Virus record (IMG/VR): IMGVR_UViG_3300031912_000026
Span: 1 to 43,152 of that record
Strand: one strand, 5' to 3'
Source of the DNA: a virus
Lineage: Duplodnaviria; Caudoviricetes
DNA: 43,152 nucleotides
Positions 1 to 8,639 of this stretch are shown piece by piece (positions within the stretch are counted from its first letter, which is position 1; every line of letters starts with the position of its first letter). Position numbers and translations under genes: made by a program. A model generated the notes under the pieces. The model searched no databases. It saw only the letters and a list, made by a program, of their open reading frames with translations, and was not told the origin of the DNA.

Positions 1-2
1 TG

Positions 3-1346
3 CAACACCCGGCTGCTAAAACGCTCCTCAAGTGGCGAGAAGCTAATAAACAGTATGTTGGATTTGTCAAAGGATGGGCACCGTTCCTGGTGGGAGCTAG
101 ACTGCATCCTTCCTTCAAACTACATGGAACCGTTACCGGACGGCCAAGTTGTGAGAATCCAAATCTCCAACAGACGCCTCGTGATCCTCGTATCCGCTCC
201 CTTGTCACCGCGCCGAAAGGAAAAATCCTTTTAGAGGCGGACCTATCGCAAATCGAGCTGCGCATTGCCGCGTGGATGGCGCGCGAGCGCAACATGCTCA
301 AGGCGTTCTGGCGCGGCGATGACATTCACTGGCTAACTGCCATGGCAATGTTGCGCCGGAGCGAGAGCACCTACCGCGAAGTGGTGTTAGCCACAGTTGA
401 CGAGCTGGAGGGCTTCAATCCAGATTTCAAAAAGGTGACCTACGAGAAAGCGCTGGCGTACGTCCAGAAAGCCGGACCTGACGCATGCGCTGAGCGTGAT
501 CCTCTGTGGAAAGAGATTCGATATCGCGCCAAGGTGGTTAACTTCGGTTTTCTGTACGGCATGGGCTGGAAAACTTTCAAGGACTACGCCTTCAACGAAT
601 ATGAAGCCGTGCTGACGGACACTGAAGCTCAGCAGTCGCGCATGGACTTCTTTGAGTTGTACCCTGACCTGCCCAAGTGGCATGACAAAATGCGCCGCAT
701 GGCGCGCGGGCAACGCTATGTCGACTCGCCCACAGGGAGGCGCCGGAGGCTGCCCAACATCCGCTCCGATGACGACTGGCAGCGCATGGCGGAGGAGCGT
801 CAGGCGGTTAACTTTCCAGTACAGAGCTTCGCCAGCGATCTAAACCTGATGGCTGCGCTGCAGCTCAAGGAAGAGTTCAAGGATCGCGTCGATATCGTCG
901 GTACCGTGCATGACAACATCCTGGTGGAAGTGGAGGAGTGGGAGCACCAGCGCATAGCGCGGCGGCTGCTGGAGATCATGCGCGCGCCGAAATTACTGAA
1001 GGATTTCCAAATCAACCTCACTGTGCCAATCGAGGCAGAGTGCAAGGCAGGAGCATGGAGCGATGGAAAACCCGTTGTTTATACAGTCGAACAAAGCGGA
1101 GGACAGGAGACTCCTCCAGCAAAGCCACGCCACAATCCTGCGGCTGCTGGCGAAAGCAGCGCGGGACCCCAACATCGCCAAGGAGGTGCGCGAGCACGCA
1201 GGGACGATGCTGCACCTGTTCTGCACCGGGCAGATGCGCCTCAGTCTGCACGCCCAGGAAAACATCGAAAGCGTAGCGCGCGCGATCGACTCGGCGGCGA
1301 ACAGGCTGAATTTTCCTTTCCGGACCCCTCCAAAAGACAAGCATGA
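3..1346 (+). CDS. polA: Family A DNA polymerase, C-terminal part (5'-truncated by window edge)
   Basis: Frame is open from position 3 (QHPAAKTLLKWRE...). Motifs TGRPSCENPNLQQ, A (ADLSQIELR), B (RYRAKVVNFGFLYG), AERQAVNFPVQS and C (VHDNI). Confidence 0.96.
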   Translation, partial: QHPAAKTLLKWREANKQYVGFVKGWAPFLVGARLHPSFKLHGTVTGRPSCENPNLQQTPRDPRIRSLVTAPKGKILLEADLSQIELRIAAWMARERNMLKAFWRGDDIHWLTAMAMLRRSESTYREVVLATVDELEGFNPDFKKVTYEKALAYVQKAGPDACAERDPLWKEIRYRAKVVNFGFLYGMGWKTFKDYAFNEYEAVLTDTEAQQSRMDFFELYPDLPKWHDKMRRMARGQRYVDSPTGRRRRLPNIRSDDDWQRMAEERQAVNFPVQSFASDLNLMAALQLKEEFKDRVDIVGTVHDNILVEVEEWEHQRIARRLLEIMRAPKLLKDFQINLTVPIEAECKAGAWSDGKPVVYTVEQSGGQETPPAKPRHNPAAAGESSAGPQHRQGGARARRDDAAPVLHRADAPQSARPGKHRKRSARDRLGGEQAEFSFPDPSKRQA

Positions 1347-1350
1347 CTGA
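1063..1350 (+). CDS. Hypothetical 95-aa protein overlapping the polymerase C-terminal tail
   Basis: ATG with AGGAG ~9 nt upstream, globular helical composition, and a stop that overlaps the next gene start (1343). Confidence 0.55.
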   Translation: MENPLFIQSNKAEDRRLLQQSHATILRLLAKAARDPNIAKEVREHAGTMLHLFCTGQMRLSLHAQENIESVARAIDSAANRLNFPFRTPPKDKHD

Positions 1351-1519
1351 GGACACGCAGTACTGCGTATCGCTGGCGATGATTGGCCTCTCTATCTGTG
1401 TCCAAGTGTTCCTAATGGCCTACAACAAATCTTGGTGGCTTGTCGTCTCCTACATCCTACTGGTGATGGCGTTCGGAAGAGTTGGCGCTGGGCTGTGGTT
1501 GCTACGACATGGCTACTGA
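1343..1519 (+). CDS. Small 2-TM membrane protein, 58 aa (not in ORF track)
   Basis: Hand translation MTEDTQYCVSLAMIGLSICVQVFLMAYNKSWWLVVSYILLVMAFGRVGAGLWLLRHGY*. ATGA overlap with the polymerase stop; fills the gap exactly. Confidence 0.65.
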   Translation: MTEDTQYCVSLAMIGLSICVQVFLMAYNKSWWLVVSYILLVMAFGRVGAGLWLLRHGY

Positions 1520-1799
1520 GTTTTGTCCGCACTGTCACCAACGCATGCCGTCCACAGTGAGGCACGGCGTTGTCCTGACGAGATTGAAGGCACGAATTTT
1601 CGACCTGATCAAACGATCAGATGGCATCAACGCTTCAGATATTAACGAGCAGATTTTTCATGGGAGAGTTCAACGTGAGACGATCAAAGCGCACATCTGG
1701 CAAATCAACGAAGCGCTTGCCGACACGGGAGTCCGCATCTGGTGCACGGACACCCAATACCAAGTCGTCACTCGAAGAAACTGGAGCGAAGCAGGATGA
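1509..1799 (+). CDS. Winged-helix DNA-binding protein with N-terminal CxxC
   Basis: MATEFCPHC... followed by an OmpR-C/wHTH-like pattern (LTRLKARIFDLIK...ETIKAHIWQINEAL). Confidence 0.65.
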   Translation: MATEFCPHCHQRMPSTVRHGVVLTRLKARIFDLIKRSDGINASDINEQIFHGRVQRETIKAHIWQINEALADTGVRIWCTDTQYQVVTRRNWSEAG

Positions 1800-1803
1800 A
1801 GAG

Positions 1804-2868
1804 ATGGCACGGAAAACTGTCGCTGGTCACGCTCAGGATAAAAACCAGAAACAAGCAAGCACCATCGACCTTACGCAATCAGCGACGGCTGGCAAAACGT
1901 ACTTCGTTAGCCAGTCAAAAGTCCAAAGCTGGCGAACCTGCCGACAACAGTACCACTACGCCTACAACGAGAACCTAGTACCCAAGAAGCCGCAGCGGCC
2001 CTTCATGTTCGGCACCATCGTCCATGACATGCTGAAGGCAGACGCCATGGGGCAGGACGCTTGGGCCGTCTACGATCAAGCGACGGCGATCAACGAGCGC
2101 GTGTTCAAAGAAGAGGAGGAGATGTACGGCCGCATTGCGGACGATATCGCGTACATCATGGAGGAATACTTCAATTTCACTTCGCCGCTGCACCACATCC
2201 CCGTGAACGGCAAATATGCGGAGCAGGAATTTGAGGTACCGCTCGTCAGTGACGAGATCAGGCTCAAGGGGCGCATTGACGGCGCTGTCTCCGACAAGCG
2301 GCTGAAGTGGCTGCTGGAGCACAAGACGCACAAGACATTTCCAGCGCCGGAGAACCGCTGGCGCAACATGCAGAGCGTGATCTACATCAACGTCGCCAAG
2401 GTGCACTGGAATCTCAAGCTGGACGGCACCTGCTGGGACTACATCCGCAGCAAGCCCCCGACACGCCCACAGATTACCAAGAAGGGCATCTTGAGCGAAC
2501 GGGCGATCGACACGCTTCCCAACGTGATCGAGGAAGTCATCCGACACAACAAGCTGATGACTACGGGCGCAACGCTGATCGCCCAGGCCAAGCAGAACCG
2601 GACCAACTACTTCCAACGCTACTACACGCCCATCAGCCCGGAGATCACCGGGCATGTGATGGATGACTTCAAGAACACAGCCGTTGAAATGTCCGTGATC
2701 GGCGCCAAGCACAAGCAGCGCAACATGGGCAGGCACTGCGACTGGTGCAAGTACAACAAGCTATGCGCTGCGGAGCTGCAGGGCATGGACGTCGATTTTG
2801 TCAAAGAGAGGGAGTATCAGGTAGATGAAGCCACAGCACAGGCGCCTGTCCGGGAGATCGAGGATTAG
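1804..2868 (+). CDS. PD-(D/E)XK exonuclease (Cas4/RecB-like, probable Fe-S)
   Basis: SQSKVQSWRTC, FGTIVH, EQEF, LKGRIDG, LEHKT and C-terminal CDWCKYNKLC. Start taken at ATG 1804. Confidence 0.88.
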   Translation: MARKTVAGHAQDKNQKQASTIDLTQSATAGKTYFVSQSKVQSWRTCRQQYHYAYNENLVPKKPQRPFMFGTIVHDMLKADAMGQDAWAVYDQATAINERVFKEEEEMYGRIADDIAYIMEEYFNFTSPLHHIPVNGKYAEQEFEVPLVSDEIRLKGRIDGAVSDKRLKWLLEHKTHKTFPAPENRWRNMQSVIYINVAKVHWNLKLDGTCWDYIRSKPPTRPQITKKGILSERAIDTLPNVIEEVIRHNKLMTTGATLIAQAKQNRTNYFQRYYTPISPEITGHVMDDFKNTAVEMSVIGAKHKQRNMGRHCDWCKYNKLCAAELQGMDVDFVKEREYQVDEATAQAPVREIED

Positions 2869-3682
2869 GCGGCGGCGCGGTGAGGCAGCAACCTCGCCGC
2901 ATGAGGAAATTCCTTTCGAGGGTGACGAGAAGCCCCCGATCAGACCCGTGGGGGAGCTGGCCAAGGAACAGAGCTATGCGTTCTATGGCCGCTCCGGTTC
3001 GGGCAAGACAACGCTCGCCGCCTCGTTTCCCAAACCCATCCTGTTCCTCGATATCAACGATAAAGGCACCGACTCGATTGCTGATATCAAGGATGTGCAT
3101 GTCTGGGAGATCACCAAGGCGGAGGACATTGAGGACGTCTACTACTTCCTGCGCACCGACAAGCACGAGTTTAGAACCATCGTGTTCGATACCGTGACGG
3201 AATGGCAGCGCATGGTCATAACCGACGTAACCAGCAAGAAGCCCGGTGCGCCGATGTCTTACAAAGAGTGGGGCCTCGTGTCCGGTGAAATGAACAAGTG
3301 GATCGTGGACTTTCGCAACCTGCCGCTCAACGTCGTTTTCGTTGCCCAGGAGCGGCTCTCCAGCGATGACGAAGATTCCAGTGATCAGCAGCTCGTCCCC
3401 TCTGTGGGCTGCGCGCTGATCCCCTCAGTCGCCAATACTCTCAATGCCGCGGTCCGCGTCATTGGCAACACGTTCATTAGGTCGGAGAAGGTCACTGTCA
3501 AGGGCAGGGATGGGCGCCCGGTGAAGCGCGTCCGGACGCAGTACTGCCTGCGCGTTGGTCCTAACCCGATCTATGTCACCAAGATTCGGAAGCCGAAAGC
3601 GTTGGTCGCTCCGGATTTCATCATTGATCCAACGTACCCCAAACTGATCAACATCATCAAAGGACTGGACAATGCGAAATAG
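2825..3682 (+). CDS. sak4: Sak4-like AAA ATPase / recombinase (AAA_24)
   Basis: Walker A YGRSGSGKTT, FLDINDKG, Walker B TIVFDTVTE. Lies between exonuclease and SSB, the usual Sak4 context. Confidence 0.82.
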   Translation: MKPQHRRLSGRSRIRRRRGEAATSPHEEIPFEGDEKPPIRPVGELAKEQSYAFYGRSGSGKTTLAASFPKPILFLDINDKGTDSIADIKDVHVWEITKAEDIEDVYYFLRTDKHEFRTIVFDTVTEWQRMVITDVTSKKPGAPMSYKEWGLVSGEMNKWIVDFRNLPLNVVFVAQERLSSDDEDSSDQQLVPSVGCALIPSVANTLNAAVRVIGNTFIRSEKVTVKGRDGRPVKRVRTQYCLRVGPNPIYVTKIRKPKALVAPDFIIDPTYPKLINIIKGLDNAK

Positions 3683-4433
3683 TGGCACACGGAGGCGGCG
3701 GACGGCGGGTAAGGACAGCACCGTCAGGGTGGACTTCACCGGCGTTGTGCCGGGCTCAGGCGGCTTCCGCATGGAGCCGGGCGAGTACCTTGCCGAATGC
3801 GTGGAGGCGGTCCAGGAGGAAAGCTCCACAGGCAATGACATGATCACCTGGAGCTTCAAGCTCCTGGAGGGCAAATTCAAGAACAAGACGATGAAGTACT
3901 GGACGTCGCTCACTGAGCAGTCCCTGTGGAAGCTCCAGGACCTGCTTGTCGCGTTCGGGGAAGAGCCCCCGACGTCGAAACACGATATCGACCTGACGGA
4001 CTACCCGGAGCAGGAGGTTCTGTTGGTCGTCGGTGACGACATGTACGAGGGCAAGGTGCGGTCCAAGATCATGGAGGTTCTGCCCGCCGATGAAGCCGAC
4101 GACGGGGAGGAGGACCCTGAGGAGGACGAGGACGAGCGGGAGGATGCCCGCCCGGCCGCTCGCGCTCGCCGCGGCGCGCGCTCTCCGGACCGTGAGGAGG
4201 CCGAAGGGGACCAGGACGCACGCCAGCCGCGCGGAGGCAGGCGCCAGCGCACCAAGCTGGAGCCGCTGGACGCGGATACGGTCCAGGAAATGGAAGTTGG
4301 CGACCTGAAGCAGACGGTCACGAAATACGGCCTTTCGTGTGACCTTGACGACTACAAGACGCTGCGCCGCAAGCGGAGCGCGGTGATCGAGGCGCTAGAG
4401 GAGGCGGACTATCTCGCGGAAGCCGGAGACTAA
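3672..4433 (+). CDS. ssb: DUF669-like single-stranded DNA-binding protein with acidic linker and C-terminal helical domain
   Basis: MEPGEYLAEC...SSTGNDMITWSF...SLWKLQDLLVAFG pattern, acidic stretch, and position after Sak4. Confidence 0.78.
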   Translation: MRNSGTRRRRTAGKDSTVRVDFTGVVPGSGGFRMEPGEYLAECVEAVQEESSTGNDMITWSFKLLEGKFKNKTMKYWTSLTEQSLWKLQDLLVAFGEEPPTSKHDIDLTDYPEQEVLLVVGDDMYEGKVRSKIMEVLPADEADDGEEDPEEDEDEREDARPAARARRGARSPDREEAEGDQDARQPRGGRRQRTKLEPLDADTVQEMEVGDLKQTVTKYGLSCDLDDYKTLRRKRSAVIEALEEADYLAEAGD

Positions 4434-4836
4434 CCGCCAAAAGAAAACCCGCCTGCTTCTTGAGAAAGAAGTGGGCGGGTACTGGCGCAAGATTCACGGA
4501 GGGCCGTTCCAGGCGGCTGGCATGCCGGACCTAATCGGCTGTGTAGAGGGCTACTTCTTTGGATTTGAAATCAAAGAACCTGACGGCGGCGATCCCACCA
4601 AGCTCCAAGAGGAGAACCTCAAAGAGATCGCAGAAAGCGGCGGCTGCGCAGGTGTTATCATTGACCCGGCCGATGCTGTCAGGGTGGTACGAGAAGCTCT
4701 ATCCAGAGCAAGAGCTGGCAGCTCGCTTCGTCCTCTCGCGCCTCAAGCACGGCGGCGGCGCGGCGCTTTTATGCGAGCAAGGGACCGGCAAGACAATCGT
4801 AACCCTCGCGATCATGGAAAAGCTCGCGACGATTAA
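4411..4836 (+). CDS. VRR-NUC endonuclease (probable ATC start at 4411)
   Basis: KIHGGPFQAAGMPDLIGC...FEIKEP...PTKLQ. In-frame upstream extension ISRKPETNRQKK follows GAGGAGG. Confidence 0.85.
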   Translation: MSRKPETNRQKKTRLLLEKEVGGYWRKIHGGPFQAAGMPDLIGCVEGYFFGFEIKEPDGGDPTKLQEENLKEIAESGGCAGVIIDPADAVRVVREALSRARAGSSLRPLAPQARRRRGAFMRARDRQDNRNPRDHGKARDD

Positions 4837-6001
4837 CGTTCTGATCGTCTGCCCGAAAACCGCGATTTACGCCACATGGGGCAAGCGTCTCCCCGCCTAC
4901 ACTGTGGGGGTTCCCAGGAGCACTGCAGCAGGCAAGAACAGAAACAAGGGTTTCTGTCTCGTCAGCTACAAGCAGTTTGTCCAGATGCGCGATCGAGCGT
5001 CCCGCTTCCGCTGGGACCTAGTTGTTTTCGATGAAGCTCAGGGACTAAAGGACCGCAACAGCGCGCAGTCTCGCGCAGCTCGCAAGATGCGCGATCAGTA
5101 CCGACGCCTGATCCTCACAGGCACGCCGATTGACGAGCAACCCATCGACCTGTGGGCGCAGATGCGCTTCGTCGACGAAAGATGTTTCGGAGACGATTGG
5201 AAGCTGTTTGCCGCGGTGTACGTCCGCAAGGGCGGCTTCATGAGCAAGCAGGAAATCTTCCGTCAACGCCAGCTCAAGCCCTTCCTGAAGGCGGTCACGC
5301 CCTACTGCTACCGGCTCAAGCTTGAGCAGCTCCCCGCCAAAATCATTCCCGTGAAGGTCTACCTGGACCATGCCCAGCAGCACATCCACGATCAAATGCA
5401 GGAGCACGGGATTGTCAAAGTCAACGGCATAACCTTCAAAGCGGAGTTCGCCGCCGTTAAAGATTTGAAGTGTTTTCAGGTAGTTGGAGGCTTCCTTCAC
5501 CAGGAAGGCACAACGGTCCGCGTGGGGGAAGCGAAGTATCTGGCATTAAAGAAGCTAATTCCCAAGCTTAAGCGTCCCGTCATATTTTGTCGTTTCCTTG
5601 AGGAGATGAAAGACGTAGAGATAGCACTCAAGGCACACTACCGCAGAGTGGAAGCCATCAATGGAAGCGTGACTGACTCCAAAACCAAGAGGCGCCGCAC
5701 TCTTATTTTGGAACAGTTTCAGGCTGGCTTGATTGATGCCCTCGTAGTGCAGGCTCGCACAGGAGGAGTAAGCATCGAATTTAGCTCTACCCACGAATGC
5801 GTGTTCTATTCAATGGGCTACTCATACATAGATTTTCAACAAATCGTCGCTAGATTCAGGCGCATGGGACAGACACGCAGAGTTTTAGCGTATCTGCTCA
5901 TTGCCCGCTTCACTGTGGACGAAGAGCCGTACCAGCGGATTTTGCTGAAAGCGGAGGAGGTAAAGCCAGTGATGAAGCATATAGAGGAGAAAAGTACATG
6001 A
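4673..6001 (+). CDS. SNF2-family (DExx) helicase
   Basis: CEQGTGKT, LVVFDEAQ, LILTGTP, DLWAQMRF and QIVARFRRMGQ. Start placed at ATG 4673 (MLSGWYEKLYPEQ). Confidence 0.92.
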   Translation: MLSGWYEKLYPEQELAARFVLSRLKHGGGAALLCEQGTGKTIVTLAIMEKLATINVLIVCPKTAIYATWGKRLPAYTVGVPRSTAAGKNRNKGFCLVSYKQFVQMRDRASRFRWDLVVFDEAQGLKDRNSAQSRAARKMRDQYRRLILTGTPIDEQPIDLWAQMRFVDERCFGDDWKLFAAVYVRKGGFMSKQEIFRQRQLKPFLKAVTPYCYRLKLEQLPAKIIPVKVYLDHAQQHIHDQMQEHGIVKVNGITFKAEFAAVKDLKCFQVVGGFLHQEGTTVRVGEAKYLALKKLIPKLKRPVIFCRFLEEMKDVEIALKAHYRRVEAINGSVTDSKTKRRRTLILEQFQAGLIDALVVQARTGGVSIEFSSTHECVFYSMGYSYIDFQQIVARFRRMGQTRRVLAYLLIARFTVDEEPYQRILLKAEEVKPVMKHIEEKST

Positions 6002-6240
6002 TTGCAGGAGTCCCGCACCTAGTCAGGGTCACGGGCATGACCCCCAGCTTTATTCGGCAGAAGCTGAAAGCTGCCGGGTACAAGCGGCAAGGTCGTGCGT
6101 ATCGGTTCAAGAGCAAGCAGGCGGCGGAGGACGCTTGGACCAAGCTGCACCGTCCGTGGGGGCACAAGGTTCGCTATGTCAAGGTGAAGCCTTCCGGCCC
6201 GGTCTACATCCGTCAGCGCGTGAAAGAGCATCACGCTTAG
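5998..6240 (+). CDS. Small basic protein, possibly HTH-like
   Basis: ATGA-coupled to the helicase, GAGG SD, highly basic. Confidence 0.6.
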   Translation: MIAGVPHLVRVTGMTPSFIRQKLKAAGYKRQGRAYRFKSKQAAEDAWTKLHRPWGHKVRYVKVKPSGPVYIRQRVKEHHA

Positions 6241-6271
6241 AAGTGATCACCAGTAACCACAAGGCACACAC

Positions 6272-6589
6272 ATGTCAGCATTAGATGAATTGGATGCCGT
6301 CGACTCAAAGATCACTGAGATGATGGCGCACTGGCGGGTTATCTCAGACACGCTGCAAGCGGCGCAGCGTGAGACTCGCGACATTCGCGATCGACTTGAC
6401 CGCAAGGACCGCCCAGGGAAAGGCGTCGCCAAGGAGACCATGACTGCCGATAAGCTGGCGGCGATAACAGGAAGCTCTGGAGGCGCCACGCACCTTGCGG
6501 GCGGGAATGCCTCAGGAGGCGCCACAGGCGCCACAGTCGCTGCTGCTGCCTCTGGACTGCGGCCGCGCCCAGGTGACACGGCGCCTTAA
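6272..6589 (+). CDS. Hypothetical coiled-coil protein with Gly/Ala-rich tail
   Basis: Last ORF of the + strand operon; helical N-terminal half. Confidence 0.55.
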   Translation: MSALDELDAVDSKITEMMAHWRVISDTLQAAQRETRDIRDRLDRKDRPGKGVAKETMTADKLAAITGSSGGATHLAGGNASGGATGATVAAAASGLRPRPGDTAP

Positions 6590-6633
6590 ATAAGCTACAG
6601 AGCTGAGCGTTCATATCAGCTTGCGAATCCCCT

Positions 6634-6864
6634 TCAATCCCCCGCCTCTCCAGCGGGGGTTTTTTCTAGTGCGATCGCTGGCCACCCCTCCGACGATCGC
6701 CGCCCGTCCCAGAGCACATGCCACAGCTTCGTGTACTGCTGCTGAGACACGATCGTGCCCTCACGCTTGCTCCAGTTGACCTTGCTCTGCTTCGCCTGCC
6801 GCACAGACATGTTGCTCGCAACCGCTTTCGTCAGGCGCACCCGGTCCCCGACCTGGAGCTTCAT
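6634..6864 (-). CDS. Hypothetical SH3/KOW-like small protein
   Basis: [11 protein letters not shown]...EGTIVS...WHVLWDG. ATGA-coupled to the upstream membrane ORF. Confidence 0.6.
   Translation of the reverse strand: MKLQVGDRVRLTKAVASNMSVRQAKQSKVNWSKREGTIVSQQQYTKLWHVLWDGRRSSEGWPAIALEKTPAGEAGD
6639..6665 (+). terminator. Intrinsic terminator of the replication operon
   Basis: CCCCCGC-ctctcca-GCGGGGG-TTTTTT at the point where + and - operons converge. Confidence 0.8.
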
Positions 6865-7007
6865 TTGAGCAGAAAGGCGAGGATCAGGCATGCAACCGCA
6901 AGCCAGCCGAAATTGATCGAGATCGGCGGTCTACTTACTTCCGTGACAAACAGCGCCGCGATGATGGCGAACACGAAAGCGAACACCAGCAGGATTTGTC
7001 CGGTCAT
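6861..7007 (-). CDS. Small 2-TM membrane protein, 48 aa (holin candidate; not in ORF track)
   Basis: Hand translation [52 protein letters not shown]-type overlaps at both ends. Confidence 0.65.
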   Translation of the reverse strand: MTGQILLVFAFVFAIIAALFVTEVSRPPISINFGWLAVACLILAFLLK

Positions 7008-7168
7008 GACCCTCGTTTGCCTTTCCGTCTTGGGAGCTTGCCGGGCTTGTCGCCTTTTACAAACTCTTTCCCCACCTTCTTAGGGATTCCCAGGGTGGAC
7101 TTGCCCTCCGCCGCAGCATACATCGCGCCGCGCTGGGCCTGTGATTTTGGCTTTGGGTATGGGGGCAC
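7004..7168 (-). CDS. Small basic conserved phage protein (KSQAQR...GIP..V.KEF type)
   Basis: GTG at 7168 with GGAGG 7 nt upstream; recurring phage motif [30 protein letters not shown]. Confidence 0.65.
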   Translation of the reverse strand: MPPYPKPKSQAQRGAMYAAAEGKSTLGIPKKVGKEFVKGDKPGKLPRRKGKRGS

Positions 7169-7370
7169 GTACGATCCTCCTTGGCTGTGGCGCGCAGATG
7201 TACGCGCGCCGGTGACAGACTTCCTCCACGTCTCGAAAAATGCCGATCCCCACAGAGCAGGAAGGCAGCGCCAGCTCACCGGCGCCCAGGCACTCCTCCT
7301 CGGAAGCATAGGGGATAGCCATGGTGACGGGTCCGGACGCCAGCAGCAGGACCAGGACCCACTCCATCAC
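7080..7370 (-). CDS. Hypothetical Cys-rich exported protein
   Basis: Hydrophobic N-terminus [10 protein letters not shown], 'YASEEEC' motif, coupled to the upstream gene. Confidence 0.5.
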   Translation of the reverse strand: MMEWVLVLLLASGPVTMAIPYASEEECLGAGELALPSCSVGIGIFRDVEEVCHRRAYICAPQPRRIVRAPIPKAKITGPARRDVCCGGGQVHPGNP

Positions 7371-7594
7371 TTCTCCCTCTCGATACGGTCCCTCACGACG
7401 TCGCAGCTTTCCTTCAGCAGATTGAACTTGCCGTCCGCCATGTTGACAACGCAGTTGGTCCCATTGGGCAGGTGATCCCCCTCGAATGGCTGCCGCACCG
7501 TGTCAACCTCCCGTGGGTTGATGTCAATCGTGCGGCCATCTGGACCATGGAAGGTCAACAGTCGCAGCACGTACATGACAGAAAGCAGCATCAT
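7367..7594 (-). CDS. Small beta-rich protein resembling the FlbD/SwrD family
   Basis: LLTFHGPDGRTIDINPREVDTV...VVNMADGKFNLLKESCDVVRDRI resembles the FlbD pattern as recalled. Confidence 0.5.
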   Translation of the reverse strand: MMLLSVMYVLRLLTFHGPDGRTIDINPREVDTVRQPFEGDHLPNGTNCVVNMADGKFNLLKESCDVVRDRIEREK

Positions 7595-7908
7595 TGCTGG
7601 TTTGGCAGAAGCGCCATCCTCCTGCGGGTTTCCATAGCTACAACCGTTTCCATGACACCATTGCGAAACGTCTCCATGACGGCCGCGGTGCCGCGCGTCT
7701 GCTGCGCGTTCTCAATCAGCAGCATGGGCAACAGCGAGAACGCACAGCCCCATTGATTCATCGTCTCCTCGCTCTGCGGGTTCTTGCCGGTCACCTGAGT
7801 CCACAGAGGGCACTTGTGGCAGACCTTGGAGACGTCAACCTTGTGGAACGGGCACATCTGCCCAGCGCGGGCGTGCGGGACTTGCTGCGGGTACGGAGGA
7901 TTGGTCAT
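7591..7908 (-). CDS. Conserved tail-fibre-associated Cys-rich protein
   Basis: CPFH..CHKCPLWTQVTGKNPQ..WGCAFSLLPMLLIEN..FRN motif, a type commonly found directly after phage fibre genes. Start 7908 is coupled to the fibre stop. Confidence 0.7.
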   Translation of the reverse strand: MTNPPYPQQVPHARAGQMCPFHKVDVSKVCHKCPLWTQVTGKNPQSEETMNQWGCAFSLLPMLLIENAQQTRGTAAVMETFRNGVMETVVAMETRRRMALLPNQQ

Positions 7909-8639
7909 CAGTTTTTGCTGCACAAAATGAGATCGAGATACTGTACGGCGAGATTCATTGGGTGAGTATGCCCTCCTCCCCCGGTGTTCGTCGATGTCAC
8001 AGCGATTGTATTTGAGCCGCTGAAGGCGCTGTACTGACCCCAGGACGAGCTGTCGCCTGTGGCAGGCGTCCAGAAGCCGGTTGAGGCTGCGCCAGCCCAA
8101 GTGTTGATGCCGGACGTTGTTCCAGGGATGTGGACGGACGAGCTGCCGCCCGGATAGACCGTGATGGTGTTGGCGCCGCTGGACGAGATGCCGGGGATTT
8201 CAGCCGCCGTCAGCGTGTGGCTGCCGGTGACAGTGCCTGCGGCGAACAGCGTGGAGAACGAGATGGTGCCGCCTGCGACGCCTCCGGACCCGGAGACGAC
8301 ACGCAGCGCCTTATCGTTCTGCGTCGTGAGCTTGGTCCATCCTACAGGCGCCGCCGCTTGCCAGAACAACATCACAGTGCCACTCGGGACACCGGAGGCG
8401 ATCTGCGCGTCTACATACGCCTTGGAGGCAGCATCGGTGCTGGCTACCGGCGTAGCTAGGAGCGTGAGTTGCCCCGTCATAGGGGCGGAGCCGTCCGTAA
8501 ACACGACGTTCTTTGTCGGGACCGGACCTGCCCACACTATCCATTTGGCGCCATCCCAATAATACTGCGACGCATTCGGTAGGGCTGGGCTCGGGTAGAG
8601 CTGACCCACAGAAGGCGAGGCGGGAAAATCAAAGGCCAT
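7908..8639 (-). CDS. Tail fibre 3 (tail-collar-like domain)
   Basis: DAASKAYVD fibre motif, VPSGTVMLFWQAAAPVGWT collar motif, HTLTAAEIP, and GGGHTH. Confidence 0.85.
   Translation of the reverse strand: MAFDFPASPSVGQLYPSPALPNASQYYWDGAKWIVWAGPVPTKNVVFTDGSAPMTGQLTLLATPVASTDAASKAYVDAQIASGVPSGTVMLFWQAAAPVGWTKLTTQNDKALRVVSGSGGVAGGTISFSTLFAAGTVTGSHTLTAAEIPGISSSGANTITVYPGGSSSVHIPGTTSGINTWAGAASTGFWTPATGDSSSWGQYSAFSGSNTIAVTSTNTGGGGHTHPMNLAVQYLDLILCSKN

Noticed and set aside
1804-2868. Cas4 as part of a CRISPR adaptation module
   Set aside because: The exonuclease-Sak4-SSB context is a standard phage recombination module, and there is no cas1/cas2.
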